NCBI GenBank assembly: GCA_026391215.1
Contig: JAPLDX010000068.1
Coordinates: 1-64,000 of the forward strand
Origin: Bacteroidia bacterium
GTDB taxonomy: Bacteria > Bacteroidota > Bacteroidia > Bacteroidales > VadinHA17
Reading direction: 5' to 3'
Length of the DNA: 64,000 nt
In this document: positions 10,578 to 20,900 of the stretch, one piece after another
Numbering within the stretch: the first letter of the stretch is position 1
How the letters are laid out: each line of letters begins with the position of its first letter
Made by a program: the position numbers and the translations under genes
Notes under the pieces: generated by a model
What the model saw: the letters and a program-made list of their open reading frames with translations, nothing else
Told to the model about the DNA's origin: nothing
The model's database searches: none

Positions 10578-11747
10578 ATGCCGCAAAAAATCGCACTGTT
10601 AGGCTCCACCGGATCGATCGGGACCCAGGCCCTGGATGTAATATCCAGATACCCGGATGATTTTAAGGCAGGGATACTTACAGCAGGCGAAAATGTTGAC
10701 CTTCTGATAAGCCAGGCCAGGAAATTCCTCCCTGATAGCGTGGTGATCGGGAACAAGGACCATTATAAGAAGCTCAGGGACAACCTTAAAGATACCAGCA
10801 TAAAAGTATATGCTGGCAATGAGGCAATTGAGCAGGTAATTACAGACTCGGATGCAAACGTGGTTCTGGCAGCTATCGTCGGGTATTCAGGACTAAGACC
10901 GGTAATTGCAGCTATAAAAGCAGGGAAAAAAATCGCCCTTGCCAACAAGGAGACGCTTGTGGTAGCCGGTGAAATAATCAGCAATCTGGTCCGGGAAACC
11001 GGGAGCTCTATCATCCCGGTCGATTCAGAACATTCGGCTATTTTTCAGTGTCTTATAGGCGAGGACCGCAACAGCGTTGAGCATATAACTCTTACGGCAT
11101 CTGGTGGTCCCTTCCTGAATATGCCTTATGAGAAACTTGAAAAGGTAAGTCCGAAGGATGCCCTGAAGCATCCGAACTGGAATATGGGCGACAAGGTGAC
11201 AATCGATTCTGCAACTCTTATGAATAAAGGGCTGGAGGTGATCGAGGCCAAATGGCTATTTAATCTGGTTCCTGAACAGATAAAAGTTACTGTTCATCCC
11301 CAGTCAATAATCCATTCATTTGTTCATTTTAAAGACGGATCTGTGAAGGCGCAGCTTGGCATGCCTGACATGAGGCTGCCGATACTCTTTGCCCTGAGCC
11401 ATCCACACCGCTTCTCAAGCGAGCTTCCCAGGCTTGATTTCAGGAAATATCCTGTCTTTACCTTTGCAGAACCCGACCTTAAAAAATTCAGGAATCTGTA
11501 CCTGGCTTATAAAGCATTGAATATGGGCGGAAATATGCCATGCATTCTGAATGCAGCAAATGAAACAGCTGTTAAAGCTTTCCTGTCAGGGGAAATAGGA
11601 TTCATGGAGATGCCCGATGTAGTTGAATATGCTCTCGAAAAAAATTCATATATTGCATCCCCAGAACTTGAGTCTCTTGAGATATCGGACAGCAAGGCAA
11701 GGGAAACAGCAATTGATTTTATTAATAAACTTAAGAATAGAAAATGA
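10578..11747 (+). CDS. dxr: 1-deoxy-D-xylulose-5-phosphate reductoisomerase
   Basis: LGSTGSIGTQ, LANKE, PVDSEHSA, TASGGPF, MNKGLEVIEA and NAANE. Start at ATG 10578. Confidence 0.97.
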   Translation: MPQKIALLGSTGSIGTQALDVISRYPDDFKAGILTAGENVDLLISQARKFLPDSVVIGNKDHYKKLRDNLKDTSIKVYAGNEAIEQVITDSDANVVLAAIVGYSGLRPVIAAIKAGKKIALANKETLVVAGEIISNLVRETGSSIIPVDSEHSAIFQCLIGEDRNSVEHITLTASGGPFLNMPYEKLEKVSPKDALKHPNWNMGDKVTIDSATLMNKGLEVIEAKWLFNLVPEQIKVTVHPQSIIHSFVHFKDGSVKAQLGMPDMRLPILFALSHPHRFSSELPRLDFRKYPVFTFAEPDLKKFRNLYLAYKALNMGGNMPCILNAANETAVKAFLSGEIGFMEMPDVVEYALEKNSYIASPELESLEISDSKARETAIDFINKLKNRK

Positions 11748-13078
11748 CCGTTCTTATTCAAATACTTCAGCTCCTTCTGAGTCTTTCAATTCTTGTTCTT
11801 ATTCATGAACTGGGACATTTCATGTTTGCCAGGCTTTTTAAAACAAGAGTCGAAAAGCTGTACCTGTTCTTTGATCCATGGTTCTCACTTTTTAAAATCA
11901 AAAAAGGAGATACGGAATACGGCATAGGATGGCTGCCACTCGGCGGGTATGCCAAAATATCAGGGATGATTGATGAATCACTCGACACTGAACAGATGAA
12001 GCAGCCCCCGCAACCGTGGGAATTCAGATCCAAGAAAGCATGGCAGCGTCTTCTGATCATGACAGGAGGTGTCTTATTCAATTTTATTCTGGCAATGCTC
12101 ATTTATGTCTTCGTACTTTTCATCTGGGGAGAAACTTATCTTCCCACGTCAAGCGTAAAATATGGTATTGTTACCGATTCGACTGGACATGCACTGGGAC
12201 TAATGAATGGCGATAAAATACTTTCAGTTGATAATCAGTATATTGAGAGTTTCTATACGATAACTTCCGATATAGTTCTTAATGACCGTAAAACGATCCA
12301 GGTTGATCGCGGCGGACAGACAGTAAATATAGATATCACCCTTGACTATATTAAGGGAGTTTTAAAAAGACGGGGTCAGATTGAACCCAGGGCGCCTTTC
12401 GGACCGTACGTGATTTCCACATTTGGAAAAAAATCTCCGGCCAAGATTGCCGGAGTGCTCGTTGATGATGAGCTGGTGGGTCTCGATAATATCAAGTTTA
12501 CCTGGTTTGATGAATTTCAGAATTACCTGGCAGAGAATAGAAAAAAGCCCGTAACAATGAATCTTATCCGTAAAGGGGAATCGGTTGATATCCAGGTTAA
12601 GCCGACAGCTGCCGGGATGCTGGGAATAAGCAGCAATTACAGGACTGTTGGCAATATCTTTGGACTGAAAACAATTAATTATGGATTCCTTCAGTCGATC
12701 CCTGCAGGCATCAGCAAAGGATTCAAATCCATCGCTGATTACCTGAAACAATTCAAACTGATTTTCTCACGTGATACAAAAGCCTATGAATCGCTTGGAG
12801 GTTTTATAGCCATAGGTAGCATATTTCCCGGTGTCTGGGACTGGCAGTCATTCCTGGACCTGACAGCATTCCTGTCAATAATTCTTGCTGTCATGAACAT
12901 TCTTCCAATACCGGGTCTCGATGGCGGTCACGTCATGTTTGTACTTTTTGAATTGATAACAGGAAGAAAACCAAGCGATAAATTCCTGGAATATGCCCAG
13001 ATTACGGGTATGATATTATTGTTTGCATTGCTTATTTTCGCAAATGGGAACGATATAATAAGGCTTATCAGGAAATAG
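11744..13078 (+). CDS. rseP: RIP metalloprotease RseP
   Basis: HELGH zinc motif, NILPIPGLDGGH, PDZ-like periplasmic region. Follows dxr. Confidence 0.95.
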   Translation: MTVLIQILQLLLSLSILVLIHELGHFMFARLFKTRVEKLYLFFDPWFSLFKIKKGDTEYGIGWLPLGGYAKISGMIDESLDTEQMKQPPQPWEFRSKKAWQRLLIMTGGVLFNFILAMLIYVFVLFIWGETYLPTSSVKYGIVTDSTGHALGLMNGDKILSVDNQYIESFYTITSDIVLNDRKTIQVDRGGQTVNIDITLDYIKGVLKRRGQIEPRAPFGPYVISTFGKKSPAKIAGVLVDDELVGLDNIKFTWFDEFQNYLAENRKKPVTMNLIRKGESVDIQVKPTAAGMLGISSNYRTVGNIFGLKTINYGFLQSIPAGISKGFKSIADYLKQFKLIFSRDTKAYESLGGFIAIGSIFPGVWDWQSFLDLTAFLSIILAVMNILPIPGLDGGHVMFVLFELITGRKPSDKFLEYAQITGMILLFALLIFANGNDIIRLIRK

Positions 13079-13093
13079 TAAACTGATATGTTT

Positions 13094-13125
13094 TTTGGTA
13101 AAGAGTAAAGTATTGCTTAACTTTG
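13094..13125 (+). promoter_or_regulatory. Bacteroidota -33/-7 promoter for tatA
   Basis: TTTG at 13094-13097, 20-nt spacer, TAACTTTG at 13118-13125. Confidence 0.75.
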
Positions 13126-13147
13126 TATAAATTAAAAAATTACTGAA

Positions 13148-13321
13148 ATGGGAAAGATAGGTGCAACTGAGATTATTCTGATTCTGCTTGTAGTCATTCT
13201 CCTTTTTGGCGGTCGTAAGATCCCTGAACTATTCAAGGGTATCGGACAGGGAATAAAAGAATTTAAAAAGTCTTCAAAATATGATGCGGATGAGGAGAAG
13301 GAAAAGGAAAAAGTTCAATAG
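13148..13321 (+). CDS. tatA: Twin-arginine translocase TatA/TatE subunit (57 aa; absent from the ORF track)
   Basis: Manual translation: [57 protein letters not shown]. Confidence 0.93.
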   Translation: MGKIGATEIILILLVVILLFGGRKIPELFKGIGQGIKEFKKSSKYDADEEKEKEKVQ

Positions 13322-13339
13322 AATCTAATTTTATATAGG

Positions 13340-13366
13340 AGCCTGCACTTAGATGCAGGCTTTTTT
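13340..13366 (+). terminator. Intrinsic terminator of tatA
   Basis: AGCCTGCA-CTTAGA-TGCAGGCT followed by TTTTT. Confidence 0.85.
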
Positions 13367-13377
13367 ATTATCTAAAA

Positions 13378-13475
13378 ACCCCCCACCCCCCCTGAAGGGG
13401 GGCTATAAACCCATCCAGTTCTTATGTAGTATTTGCTTTGGGTTTTAACCCCCCTTCAGGGGGGCAGGGGGGTAC
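13378..13475. repeat. Inverted doublet of C/G-rich hairpin (REP-like) repeats
   Basis: Left arm ACCCCCCACCCCCCC-TGAA-GGGGGGCTATAAACCCA. Reverse complement of the right arm: GTACCCCCCTGCCCCCC-TGAA-GGGGGGTTAAAACCCA. Spacer about 25 nt. Confidence 0.85.
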
Positions 13476-13518
13476 TTTGTTATGATTGGGAAACGATGTA
13501 ACTTAATGGAACAGAGAT

Positions 13519-14604
13519 TTATACAAGTTCGTATTTCTGGTTTCTCCTTACCGGTACAAAGCCTGCTTCCCTGATTATTGATTGCAGGTCATTTGCGCTG
13601 AACCTGTTATTTGATCCGGCAGCGCTCACAACATTCTCCTCTATCATTATCGATCCAAGATCGTTTGCACCGGCATGAAGCGAAAGCATACCGGCTTCTT
13701 TTCCAACCGTAAGTATTGATGCCTGTATATTCCTGATATTGTTCAGCATTATCCTGCTCACGGCAATTAATCTTAAGTAGTCAGGACAGTTATAGCTGCT
13801 CCTGATCCCATATTTCTCCCTGAGCACTGTACCTTCATCCTGGAACGGCCATGGAATAAATGTTATAAATCCATATTGTTCCTTTTGTTTTTCGGCCTGA
13901 AGATCCCTTAATCTGATCAGATGGTCTATCCTCTCATCTATGGTCTCAATATGTCCGTACATCATTGTTGCGGAAGTGGGAATGTTCATCCTGTGTGCGA
14001 TTCTCATCACCTCCAGCCACTCTTCAGCTGATGCCTTGGCAGGTGATACAGTTTTTCTTACACGGTCAGAAAGAATTTCAGCACCGGCCCCGGGAAGAGA
14101 ATCCAGTCCTGCATCAACCAACCGGCTAAGAATTTCATGAACTGTAGTTTTTTCTTTTTTTGCAAGGTGTACTATTTCAGGAGGCCCCAGGGCATGAAGC
14201 TTAAGTGCAGGATAGAGTTTCTTGAGCTCCAAAAAAAGATCAGCGTAAAAGCTGAGTCCCAGATCAGGATTCATCCCCCCCTGAAGAAGCAGCTGGTCTC
14301 CTCCGAGAGAAAATAATTCATTAACCTTCCTGATGTAATCTTCTGTTGTTGTGATGTATGCGTCAGGAGATCCTTTCTTTCTGCAATAATTACAGAAGGT
14401 GCATTGAGAAAAACAAATGTTGGTAATGTTCACATTCCTGTCGATCATCCAACCGACATTGTCACCCGGAATATGTATCTGTCTTAACTTATCGGCAACA
14501 AACATAAGTTCTTCAAGGGGCGCCTGATTGTAAAGGACAATCCCTTCCTCAGCATCAAGAGGAATGAGATTTAGAGCTTTATCATATATCTGACTAATAA
14601 CCAT
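13519..14604 (-). CDS. mqnC: Cyclic dehypoxanthine futalosine synthase (radical SAM, CofH/MqnC family)
   Basis: IDRNVNITNICFSQCTFC (CxxxCxxC), LLQGG, SLPGAGAEIL, FIPWPFQ and GANDLGSIMIEENVVSAAG. Likely start ATG at 14604. Confidence 0.85.
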   Translation of the reverse strand: MVISQIYDKALNLIPLDAEEGIVLYNQAPLEELMFVADKLRQIHIPGDNVGWMIDRNVNITNICFSQCTFCNYCRKKGSPDAYITTTEDYIRKVNELFSLGGDQLLLQGGMNPDLGLSFYADLFLELKKLYPALKLHALGPPEIVHLAKKEKTTVHEILSRLVDAGLDSLPGAGAEILSDRVRKTVSPAKASAEEWLEVMRIAHRMNIPTSATMMYGHIETIDERIDHLIRLRDLQAEKQKEQYGFITFIPWPFQDEGTVLREKYGIRSSYNCPDYLRLIAVSRIMLNNIRNIQASILTVGKEAGMLSLHAGANDLGSIMIEENVVSAAGSNNRFSANDLQSIIREAGFVPVRRNQKYELV

Positions 14605-14628
14605 ACTATTACAATTCACTGTTTAGAG

Positions 14629-14651
14629 CCCCCTTTAGGGGGTTGGGGGTC
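14629..14651. repeat. Solo short REP-like hairpin
   Basis: Minus strand GACCCCCAACCCCC-TAAA-GGGGG, the same C-run plus hairpin layout as the other copies. Confidence 0.6.
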
Positions 14652-14662
14652 GTCAACCGTCG

Positions 14663-14670
14663 CAAAGGTA
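14663..14670 (-). promoter_or_regulatory. -7 promoter element for mqnC
   Basis: Minus strand TACCTTTG. Confidence 0.55.
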
Positions 14671-14737
14671 ACGTTTTGAAACCGAAACAATCAATAATTT
14701 GATTAACTTTACACTTCCGAAAAACAGCCGTAAAAAC

Positions 14738-16195
14738 ATGAAACCTGAAATTATTAAAATACTCCAAATATCGCCAGATCAGTCTGTTGTATGCATAGTC
14801 GGGAAAGACAGGATCCCTGAGAACCTGCGTCTCAGTAAGAGTGAAAAGGAATATGCGCTGAAACAGCTTAAAGCCAAAGAAGAATATGTTTTCATAAATT
14901 CTTACTTTAAATGCACCTATATTGTAAAAGTAAAAGGCGAGATCAGTGAATTCAGAGCAAGGGAGGAGCTGCGAAAGACAGCGTACAACCTGAGAAAGCT
15001 TATCAAATCAAATGATCACAAAGAACTGGTAATAACATCACATGATTCATATAAGGGAGCTATTGAAGACTTCACGGAAGGACTTCTGCTCAGCCTTTAT
15101 TCTTTTGATAAATACAAAACAAAAGAACCCGAGGAACCAAAAAAGAATTATCCTTCAAAAATATTATTGTACGGAGAGGTAGAAACAGCGGCTATCAAAT
15201 GGCTGACCTGTATCACTGATGCAGTATATCTTGCAAGGGACCTCATAAATGAGCCTGTCAACTTTCTTACTGCAGCCAGGCTGGCATCTGAAATACAAAA
15301 AGCGGGGAAAGCAGCAGGATTCAGTGTTGAAGTCCTGAACAAAGGCAAGATTGAGGCCCTGAAAATGGGAGGGCTTCTTGCAGTCAACAAAGGGAGCATT
15401 GATCCGCCGACATTCTGCATTCTTGAGTGGAAGCCGGGGAACTGTCTTAATAAAAAACCGCTGGTACTGATCGGTAAGGGAATAGTGTATGATACCGGGG
15501 GACTTAATTTAAAAACAGGTGATTATATGACCATGATGAATGGCGATATGGCCGGAGCAGCAACAGTTACGGGTGTCTTTTATACTGCTGCAAAGTCAAA
15601 CATCCCGCTTCATCTTATCGGATTGATACCTGCAACGGACAACCGCCCCGGAGGGAATGCATACACCCAGGGAGACATCATTACCATGCATAACAAGATG
15701 ACTGTTGAGGTTGGAAATACCGATGCCGAAGGACGGCTTATCCTGGCCGATGCAATAAGTTATGCATCAAGGTATAATCCGGAGCTGATTATCGATATAG
15801 CCACTCTGACAGGTTCCGCAGCCGCTACATTCAGCAATCAGGCAATTGCAGTGATGTCCAATGCTGACGACAAGTACATATCTCTTCTTGAGGAGTGCGG
15901 GCAGATGGTCTATGAAAGAATTGCCGAACTTCCTTTCTGGGAGGAGTATGGTGAAACGATCAAGTCGGATGTTGCTGATATCAGGAATATAGGAGGTCGT
16001 GAAGCGGGCGCAATAACTGCCGGTAAATTCCTGGAAAAATTTACGAAATCTCCTCTGATTCATTTGGATATTGCCGGTACGGGCTTACTGAAGAAAGACG
16101 ATTTCTACAGGCTTAAACATGCACCCGGTTCCGGACTAAGACTGCTTGCTACATTCCTGAAACAGATGGCAGCAGATTATAAAAGATATAAGTAA
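14738..16195 (+). CDS. pepA: Leucyl aminopeptidase (M17)
   Basis: GKGIVYDTGGLNLK, DMAGAA, NTDAEGRL, ATLTG and HLDIAG. Start at ATG 14738. Confidence 0.92.
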   Translation: MKPEIIKILQISPDQSVVCIVGKDRIPENLRLSKSEKEYALKQLKAKEEYVFINSYFKCTYIVKVKGEISEFRAREELRKTAYNLRKLIKSNDHKELVITSHDSYKGAIEDFTEGLLLSLYSFDKYKTKEPEEPKKNYPSKILLYGEVETAAIKWLTCITDAVYLARDLINEPVNFLTAARLASEIQKAGKAAGFSVEVLNKGKIEALKMGGLLAVNKGSIDPPTFCILEWKPGNCLNKKPLVLIGKGIVYDTGGLNLKTGDYMTMMNGDMAGAATVTGVFYTAAKSNIPLHLIGLIPATDNRPGGNAYTQGDIITMHNKMTVEVGNTDAEGRLILADAISYASRYNPELIIDIATLTGSAAATFSNQAIAVMSNADDKYISLLEECGQMVYERIAELPFWEEYGETIKSDVADIRNIGGREAGAITAGKFLEKFTKSPLIHLDIAGTGLLKKDDFYRLKHAPGSGLRLLATFLKQMAADYKRYK

Positions 16196-16200
16196 CAAGT

Positions 16201-17307
16201 ATGGAAACAAAAACAATTTTAGCCGGTATTTCACATGGAGATATCAATGGCATTGGTTATGAGGTAATAATCAAATCCCTCATGGACCCTATGATCAATG
16301 ATCTGTGTGTGCCGATAATCTATGGGTCGCCAAAAGTAGCGGCATATCATCGTAAAGCTTTGAATATTACCAATTTCAGCTTCAATAACATTAAATCACC
16401 TGAAGAGGCGAACCATAAAAAGGCAAATATGATCAACTGCCTTGATGATAACGTAAGGGTTGAGCTGGGGAAATCAACACCTCAGGGAGGGGAGGCTGCC
16501 CTTATATCGCTGGAGAGAGCAATAGAGGATCTGATGAACGGCAAAATAAATGTACTGATCACGGCGCCTATTGATAAAAAGAATATTCAATCGGAAAAAT
16601 TCGACTTCAAGGGCCATACTGAATACCTGAGATCAAAAACAAATGCGGAAGATGTCCTGATGTTCATGATCAGCGAAAATATGAGGATAGGCTTTGCCAC
16701 AGGGCATATCCCCCTGAATAAGGTTTCAGAAACGCTGACAGTTGAATTAATGGTCCGTAAGATAAAGCTTATGAATCACTCTCTCATGAGTGATTTCGGG
16801 ATACGTAAACCGCAGATAGCAGTTCTGGGGCTTAATCCTCATGCCGGTGACAATTCCCTTCTTGGAACCGAAGAGGCAGAAATAATTATTCCTGCAATGA
16901 AGCAGGCTGAAAGGGAAGGGATCATGTCTTTCGGACCGTTCCCGGCTGATGGTTTTTTTGGTGCAGGATCATTTACAAAATTTGATGGTATCCTGGCAAT
17001 GTATCATGATCAGGGACTTGGACCATTCAAAGCGCTGTCATTTGATTCAGGAGTCAACTTCACAGCAGGACTGCCGTTTGTCAGAACATCCCCTGTACAT
17101 GGGACTGCCTTCCCTATTGCAGGAAAGGGAGAAGCCTCTGAAAATTCATTCCGGCATGCACTCTATCTGGCCTGCAGCATATATAAAAACAGGAAGGCCT
17201 ATGCTGATCTTACCAAAGATCCGCTAAAGCATCAGGATATTGAAATACACACTGACAAGGTTGATGAGCTGCCTCCTGATATTATTAATTCCGAATCTCA
17301 GTTATGA
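16201..17307 (+). CDS. pdxA: 4-hydroxythreonine-4-phosphate dehydrogenase
   Basis: GDINGIGYE, TAPIDK, GHTEYL, LNPHAGD, AMYHDQG and RTSPVHGTA. Confidence 0.95.
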   Translation: METKTILAGISHGDINGIGYEVIIKSLMDPMINDLCVPIIYGSPKVAAYHRKALNITNFSFNNIKSPEEANHKKANMINCLDDNVRVELGKSTPQGGEAALISLERAIEDLMNGKINVLITAPIDKKNIQSEKFDFKGHTEYLRSKTNAEDVLMFMISENMRIGFATGHIPLNKVSETLTVELMVRKIKLMNHSLMSDFGIRKPQIAVLGLNPHAGDNSLLGTEEAEIIIPAMKQAEREGIMSFGPFPADGFFGAGSFTKFDGILAMYHDQGLGPFKALSFDSGVNFTAGLPFVRTSPVHGTAFPIAGKGEASENSFRHALYLACSIYKNRKAYADLTKDPLKHQDIEIHTDKVDELPPDIINSESQL

Positions 17308-17885
17308 TCGATTACATTAAAGGTACAATAACCCAGATCACACCGGCATTCCTTACTGTCGAGACGGGAGGAATGGGATACTTCATTAATATCTCTCTTA
17401 CGACCTTTTCAAAACTGGAAAGCAAAAATGAGTATAAGATCCTTGTGCATGAGGTGATCAGGGAGGATGCTCATCAGCTCTATGGTTTTGCTGACCTGGA
17501 AGAACGTGAGATTTTCAGGTTCCTGATATCAGTTTCAGGAGTAGGTGCGGCTACCGCAAGGATGATGCTTTCATCGCTCAGCCCGGCAGAAGTAGAAAGA
17601 GCAATAATAGGATCTGAAGTCAATGTTCTGAAAAGCGTCAAGGGGATAGGATTAAAAACTGCACAAAGGATCATTGTTGACCTTAAAGACAAGCTTGGCA
17701 AACAGTCCGAAACCGATGAAATATTTGGCTTCCCGGACAATACAAGACGCGAAGAAGCGTTATCTGCTTTAGTGATGCTTGGGTTTGCCAAAAGCGCTGT
17801 CTCAAAAGTTCTTGACAAGATTTTAAGGGAAGAAAAAAACCTTTCTGTCGAGGATATTATAAAGAGAGCGCTTAAGAACTTGTAA
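17304..17885 (+). CDS. ruvA: Holliday junction branch migration protein RuvA
   Basis: MIDYIKG, REDAHQLYGF, SVSGVG, KGIGLKTAQRI and EALSALVMLGF. Confidence 0.97.
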   Translation: MIDYIKGTITQITPAFLTVETGGMGYFINISLTTFSKLESKNEYKILVHEVIREDAHQLYGFADLEEREIFRFLISVSGVGAATARMMLSSLSPAEVERAIIGSEVNVLKSVKGIGLKTAQRIIVDLKDKLGKQSETDEIFGFPDNTRREEALSALVMLGFAKSAVSKVLDKILREEKNLSVEDIIKRALKNL

Positions 17886-17902
17886 TACTGAAAAAAGCCG
17901 GA

Positions 17903-20900
17903 TTGGGATCAGGGATATCACATAAGAATCTTCTGGTATTTTTATATCCTCTGCTGTTGGCTTCCTTGTTATTGAACTCGGAAAAAGCCGGCAGCCAGAC
18001 CTCTGTTCAATACGGAGATACAACCCGGAAATCGATCCTCAAACTGGAGGATGTTTCAGGAATTCCCTGGGAATCAAAGCAAAAAGCCCCTCTGTATCTC
18101 GATAATCCTTCAAACATAAAATCAAATGTGATATATGACCCTGATAAGAATGAATATGTCATATATCAGAAGGTAGGATCATTCGATTATCGCCCTCCGG
18201 TTTATATGAGCCCTGAGGAATTCAGGAAATATGAGTATACCAGGGCGATGAGAGACTACTGGCAATCGAGAATATCCGGCGATGAATCAGGCTTCAGGTC
18301 AACACTGATACCGCAGATCGAAGTAGGGGGCGCTGCATTCGATAAGATATTCGGCAGCAATACAATAAATATCATTCCCCAGGGATCGGCTGAACTGATC
18401 TTCGGGATAAATATTTCACGATCTCAGAATCCGGCACTTTCTGAAAAGCTGCAGACAATACCGACATTTGACTTTAAGGAAAAGATACAGATGAATGTCA
18501 CCGGGACAATAGGTGACAAAATGGAGCTTGGTGTCAATTATAATACTGATGCGCTGTTTGAATTTGAGAACAGGACAAAGCTGCAGTATTCCGGGAAAGA
18601 AGATGAGATACTTAAAAAGGTCGAAGCAGGTGATGTCACTCTTCCTCTCACGGGGACTCTCATAACCGGTAGCTACAGCCTTTTCGGGCTTAAAACAGAA
18701 ATGCAGTTTGGCAAACTGACAGTCACTACAGTTCTTTCACAGCAGAAAGGAGAATCATCGGTTGTTGAAGTGGAAGGAGGCGCTCAGCTTACCGATTTTG
18801 AGATTTTTGCAGATGAATATGAGGCAAACCGGCATTTCTTCCTGTCGCAGTTTTTCAGGGATATTTATGATGATGCGCTCAGGACCATGCCTGTCATAAG
18901 CTCGGGAGTAAATATTGAAAGGATTGAAGTATGGGTGACAAATAAAACGAGCCGCTTTGAGGAGGGAAGCAACAGGAATATTGTCGCATTTATTGACCTT
19001 GCCGAAAACAAAAATCATATTTACAACAACATCCCTGAATTCCAGGAATCTACGGGAGCCTCTCTATATCCCGATAACAGCACAAACCAGATGTATGATC
19101 AGCTGAATTCTGTGTACACGGGGGTGAGAAGCGTTGACCAGGTAACCAATGCGCTTGATCCTTTGTACCCCGGATTCCAGATAGGACGTGATTATGAAAA
19201 GATAGAGAATGCAAGAAAGCTGAATGACAGGGAGTACTCAGTCAATAAACAGCTTGGATATATTTCCCTTAATTCAGCACTTAATACTGATGAGGTTCTG
19301 GCAGTCGCTTTTGAATATACCCTGAACGGGAAGATATATAAAGTAGGAGAGTTTTCAACTGACGGCATTACAGCCCCCCAGACTCTTCTTCTTAAACTTT
19401 TGAAGGGGACAACACTTACACCAAAGCTGCCAACCTGGAGCCTGATGATGAAAAACATCTACTCCCTTGGATCAGGCACCCTTGAAAAGAAAGATTTTGA
19501 ACTTAATGTACTGTACCAGGATGACAAAACAGGCAACTCCATAAACTACCTGCCTGAAGGGAAGCTTGAGGATCAGATACTTCTCCAGGTGATGGGTCTT
19601 GATGTGCTTAATTCACAGCTTGACCGTGAATCGGATGGTTATTTCGATTTCATTGAAAATGTGACTGTAATGGTCGACAGGGGAAAGATCGTATTTCCTG
19701 TTCTCGAGCCTTTTGGGAGTCATCTTATTAAAGTAACTGCCGGAGGGGTGACTCTGACAGAAAATACAGATTATACTGTTGATTACAACATGGGGACTGT
19801 AAGAATTATCAATCCTGCACTTATTGAATCACAAACACCTATCCAGGTGTCGCTTGAAAGCAACCAGTTCTTTGGTTTTCAAACCAAGACACTTGTCGGA
19901 ACACACCTGGATTACCGTTTCTCTGACAACTTTGATATCGGCGGTACAATCCTTCATCTTACTGAAAGGCCTTACACACAAAAAGTTAACTTTGGAGAAG
20001 AACCAATTTCAAACACTATCTGGGGCCTGAATACATCTTATAAAACACAATCCCAGGTTCTCACTAATATTATTGACAAAATTCCTCTTCTGGAAACAAA
20101 AACTCCTTCATCAATATCATTTTTCGGTGAGTTTGCACACCTGATCCCCGGTCATTCAAAAGCAATCTCAAATGCCGGCAACTCATATATAGATGATTTT
20201 GAAGCAAGTGAAATACCCCTCGACCTGAAGTCATTTAATGCCTGGACAATAGCCAGCATTCCGCAGGGACAGGATCTTATGTTCCCTGAAGCGAGACTTA
20301 ATGATAACCTTGCAAGCGGTTTTAACAGGGCAAAGCTGGCCTGGTATGTCATCGATCCGATCTTCCTTCGCAACAGCACATCAACACCCGAGCATATTAA
20401 AGATAATGCTGATTTACAGTCAAGCCATTTTGTAAGAGAGATCTTTGAGAATGAGATCTATCCATACCGTGAGAGCACAACAGGAATACCTACCAACATT
20501 ACAGTACTTAACCTGGCTTATTTCCCTGAAGAAAGAGGTCCATATAATTTTGACACTTATCCCGGCAGCTATTCTGAAGGAATGAACTCTAATGGCGGAC
20601 TCAATGATCCGGGATCGCGATGGGGCGGTATCATGAGGGAGGTTCTTACAAGTGATTTCGAAACGGCAAATATTCAGTATATAAAGTTCTGGCTCATGGA
20701 TCCCTTTGTTGAGGATCCGGACCATGAAGGCGGCGATCTTTACATAAACCTTGGAAATATATCGGAAGATATCCTCAGGGATTCAAGGAAAAGTTTTGAG
20801 CATGGCCTGCCCGTAGGCCCTGAACAGATAAATGTGGATTCGACTTCCTGGGGAAGAATTCCCACAGTTCAGGCAGTTGTTAACGCTTTTGATAATGATC

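Noticed and set aside
14668-14681. Third LacI operator (GTAACGTTTTGAAA)
   Set aside because: A weaker match that overlaps the mqnC promoter and has no functional link to maltose genes.
15533-15560. M17 peptidase MNGDM instead of MKxDM, read as an inactive enzyme
   Set aside because: The catalytic and metal-binding residues (GKG Lys, DTGG Asp, LNLK Lys, DM Asp, NTDAEGR) are all intact.
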